From positions 1 to 37,334 of the forward strand of contig CALHBU010000248.1 of the NCBI GenBank assembly GCA_937930655.1: a stretch of DNA of 37,334 nt, in the 5' to 3' direction. The DNA is from an uncultured Acidimicrobiales bacterium (GTDB taxonomy: Bacteria > Actinomycetota > Acidimicrobiia > Acidimicrobiales > SZUA-35). This document shows positions 35,151-37,334 of this stretch, piece by piece (the stretch's first letter is position 1; every line of letters starts with the position of its first letter). Under the pieces are notes generated by a model. That model made no database searches and was not told the DNA's origin. It saw only the letters and a program-made list of their open reading frames with translations. A program made the translations under genes and the position numbers.

Positions 35151-35178
35151 GTGTCGGCAGGTCTTGCTACCTGCTTGA
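35151..35178 (-). promoter_or_regulatory. Putative sigma28-type promoter of the GT4-flippase-GT2 unit, with a palindrome in the spacer
   Basis: TCAA (35178-35175)-N16-GCCGACAC (35158-35151); GCAGGT-N6-ACCTGC at 35157-35174. Confidence 0.6.
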
Positions 35179-35207
35179 ACAGTGATCTCTGACGAACAGC
35201 CGAAGGG

Positions 35208-36104
35208 TCACCGGTTGGTTGGTAGGACGAGGGTCGCAACGGTGTGCCCACAGCCGTCGTTGGTGATGGTGAGCCTGCCATCGAGTGCCTCGGCCAGTTG
35301 TTGGCACAAACCGAGGCCCAGTCCGAGGCCTTCAGAAATTCGAGCCGCACTTGCATCAAGCATGGTGAAGTCGTCAAACAAGCCTTCGATGCGGTCGGCA
35401 TCGATGCCGGGTCCGGCATCGGTTATCTCAAGCCGCAGTTCCTCCCCCGAGATTGAGATGTCGAGGTTCACCGTTCCTCGATCGCCGTGGGTCACCGCGT
35501 TGTCGAGCAACTCATCCAGAATCTGAAGAACGCGACGTTCATCGAGGTTCACGACCCGTGCCTCATGAGAGGAGCTCACCGCCAGCAGATGACCGGTACG
35601 CATGGCCGTCAGTTGCCACCGTTTGCGAATCGAATCGGCGAGCTCACCTAGCTCGACAGGCTCAAGCTCTGGCGTGACATTGCCACTACCGAGTTCTACT
35701 AAATCGAGGAGGCGGGTGAGTAGTTGTCGGAGCCGGTCAGCTGAACGTGTAGCTGTCGCCAGATAGTCGGCAGCCTGCGTCCCTTCGACATGGGGTGTGA
35801 GAAGTTCCAGCATGCCGAGAAGTCCATTGAGGGGGGTGCGGGTTTCGTGACTCAAGGTCGACAGAAAACGTTCTCGGCTGCTGGAGGCGACGGCTAACTC
35901 TCGAAGCGTTTGTTCAAGGTCGGCGGTGCGTTCAGCTACCCGTCGATCGAGCTCCTGATTCACCAGCCACAGTTCCCTCATTCCGCGGTCGGCGATCTCT
36001 TCGGCCTCCCGCCGGGCCCTCCGTTCGCGTTCAAGCCGCCGCTCCAAGCGAGCGATGCTACGGGCAGCGTCGGCTGCTTGATCAGGGCTCTCGGTACTGG
36101 TCAT
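35208..36104 (-). CDS. Soluble H-NOX-associated histidine kinase (coiled coil-HisKA-HATPase)
   Basis: N-terminal RLERRLERERRARREAEEIA coiled coil, H-box FLSTLSHETRTPLNG, N-box ELLDNAVTH, DAGPGI, LFDDF and GLGLGL; no TM segment; starts 7 nt after the H-NOX stop. Confidence 0.93.
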   Translation of the reverse strand: MTSTESPDQAADAARSIARLERRLERERRARREAEEIADRGMRELWLVNQELDRRVAERTADLEQTLRELAVASSSRERFLSTLSHETRTPLNGLLGMLELLTPHVEGTQAADYLATATRSADRLRQLLTRLLDLVELGSGNVTPELEPVELGELADSIRKRWQLTAMRTGHLLAVSSSHEARVVNLDERRVLQILDELLDNAVTHGDRGTVNLDISISGEELRLEITDAGPGIDADRIEGLFDDFTMLDASAARISEGLGLGLGLCQQLAEALDGRLTITNDGCGHTVATLVLPTNR

Positions 36105-36111
36105 GCCATCG

Positions 36112-36660
36112 CTAGTCAGCGATCGCCATTTTCACGGCTCGTACGTCGAAGACGGTGATCTCCTCACCATGGCCGCTCACGATGCGTACGTCGACGTCCT
36201 CGCCGAAACGCTGGCCGGCACCGAGGATGAGGCCTTCGGCCAGGACTCCGAGCCGTCGACTCGATCGATAGGTGATTCTGAGTACATCGTCTGGCCGATC
36301 TTCGAATTCGAACTCCGGTGGCTTGGCATCGGGGTGAAGCTTTAGAACCTCGGGATGAATGATGTCGTTGACTCGTCGGAGGAAGTCGTGAGTGCCAGCA
36401 GCTTCGTCCACCAGTTCGGGGTACCGGTCGGCCAGATGGGGAAAGGCATGTTGGCCGAGGGTCCGCACCAGTTCGTCAGGCCCAAGCCCTGTCATGGGGC
36501 AGGCAGCACCGACCAGGGCTGTCAGGTCGGAATCCGGATAGCTGCCCAAGGAGGTGTAGTGGCCGTCGATCTCGGCGGCCTCCAAGAGGTCGTCCCACAC
36601 ATCCTCTGAGTACAAACCAACGACTGCTTCTTCAACTGCGTTGAAAATGACGCCCTTCAT
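36112..36660 (-). CDS. hnoX: H-NOX (heme nitric oxide/oxygen-binding) sensor protein
   Basis: Start MKGVIF after an AAGGAG RBS; YTSLGSYPD; proximal His in NDIIHPEV with Pro 13 residues later; YxSxR motif YRSSR; GLILG. Confidence 0.95.
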   Translation of the reverse strand: MKGVIFNAVEEAVVGLYSEDVWDDLLEAAEIDGHYTSLGSYPDSDLTALVGAACPMTGLGPDELVRTLGQHAFPHLADRYPELVDEAAGTHDFLRRVNDIIHPEVLKLHPDAKPPEFEFEDRPDDVLRITYRSSRRLGVLAEGLILGAGQRFGEDVDVRIVSGHGEEITVFDVRAVKMAIAD

Positions 36661-36713
36661 TCTGACTCCTTGGATGCTGGGACCAGCACGGTGGTGGCCT
36701 TGTGTCGGTGTTC

Positions 36714-36741
36714 CTGTCGGCTGTTCATTGATTGTCTGTGA
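36714..36741 (-). promoter_or_regulatory. Putative sigma28-type promoter of the hnoX-kinase unit
   Basis: TCAC (36741-36738)-N16-GCCGACAG (36721-36714), 53 nt before ATG 36660; the -35 element lies in the 3' end of the upstream gene. Confidence 0.45.
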
Positions 36742-37334
36742 GTAGACGCTCACGGCGGTCAGTCAGGCTGGTAGCGGCCGAGTCGGCCATGACGTCCAAT
36801 TCAGCGGCCAGAGTCTGGAGTTCGCCAGGATCTGCAGTCGTGGTCCGACTAGCCATCTCAAGGGCGGCACAGTTCTGAGCGAGATCGGTTGCTCCCAGCA
36901 TCAATGCCGTTGATTTGAGTGTGTGGGCCGAGCGGGAGATGGTCACGTGGTCGTCGTCGCCAAGAGCCTCGTGGATGACGGTTCGGTGCCGGGTGAGCTC
37001 GTCGAGGAACGTGCTGATCACCGTTGCGACCACCGACCGGTCGCCCAGGTCGGCTACCAGTTGATCGATGGTCGCATCGTTTATCGACCCCGTGCTCTCG
37101 GCGCCGGATGGCTCAGATCCCCACTTGCTGATCATGTCGCCGAGATCGGTCAGAGAAATAGGTTTGGCCAGATAGTCGTTCATGCCGGCGTCGAGGCAGG
37201 CCTCCCGGTCGCCGGAGGTAGCGCTGGCGGTCGTGGCGATGATCACCATCGGGTTGTCTCCGGTCTCGTTGCGCCTGATACGGCGGGTGGTTTCGAGACC
37301 GTCTATGCCCGGCATGTGCCAGTCCATCAACACC
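36725..37334 (-). CDS. C-terminal receiver + Hpt part of a probable hybrid histidine kinase (5' end outside the window)
   Basis: LMDWHMPGIDG, TTASA, CLDAGMNDYLAKP and Hpt motif AHTLKSTALMLGA. Confidence 0.92.
   Translation of the reverse strand, partial: VLMDWHMPGIDGLETTRRIRRNETGDNPMVIIATTASATSGDREACLDAGMNDYLAKPISLTDLGDMISKWGSEPSGAESTGSINDATIDQLVADLGDRSVVATVISTFLDELTRHRTVIHEALGDDDHVTISRSAHTLKSTALMLGATDLAQNCAALEMASRTTTADPGELQTLAAELDVMADSAATSLTDRRERLLTDNQ

Noticed and set aside
36661-36753. 31-aa N-terminal extension of H-NOX in the ORF track
   Set aside because: H-NOX proteins begin at MKG; a strong AAGGAG RBS precedes ATG 36660, and the extension overlaps the upstream gene.
26354-37334. Signalling/glycosylation locus as a mobile genomic island
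   Set aside because: I saw no integrase, transposase, tRNA, flanking repeats or obvious compositional shift; the right boundary is outside the window.

Overview
A gene-dense, GC-rich bacterial window, probably actinobacterial and Acidimicrobiia-like (inferred from gene content and frequent leaderless starts). It holds about 34 CDS; I found no rRNA, tRNA, CRISPR array or mobile element. Left (1-6.2 kb): a PspC envelope-stress module with a PspC protein, a PspC-domain histidine kinase, a LuxR-type regulator and a LolD/FtsX-type ABC exporter, plus a readable shared operator/promoter architecture. Middle (6.2-26.3 kb): mostly housekeeping genes (nudC, msiK-like ATPase, aroA, otsA, cbs, metB-like, dehydrogenases), a CocE-family lipoprotein, a degenerate MmpL-like fusion and an orphan solute-binding lipoprotein. 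Right (26.4-37.3 kb) is the most interesting part. A minus-strand cluster joins a REC-Hpt protein, an H-NOX sensor and its kinase, GT4/flippase/GT2 glycosylation genes, a complete partner-switching set (STAS, PP2C, RsbW-like kinase, STAS) and a single-domain receiver, and it converges on a membrane PAS-GGDEF-EAL protein. Five units in this region carry sigma28 (FliA/WhiG)-type promoter motifs that I read by eye. This suggests a coordinated NO-sensing, partner-switching, c-di-GMP and surface-glycosylation system. All product calls come from motif recognition; no database searches were run.
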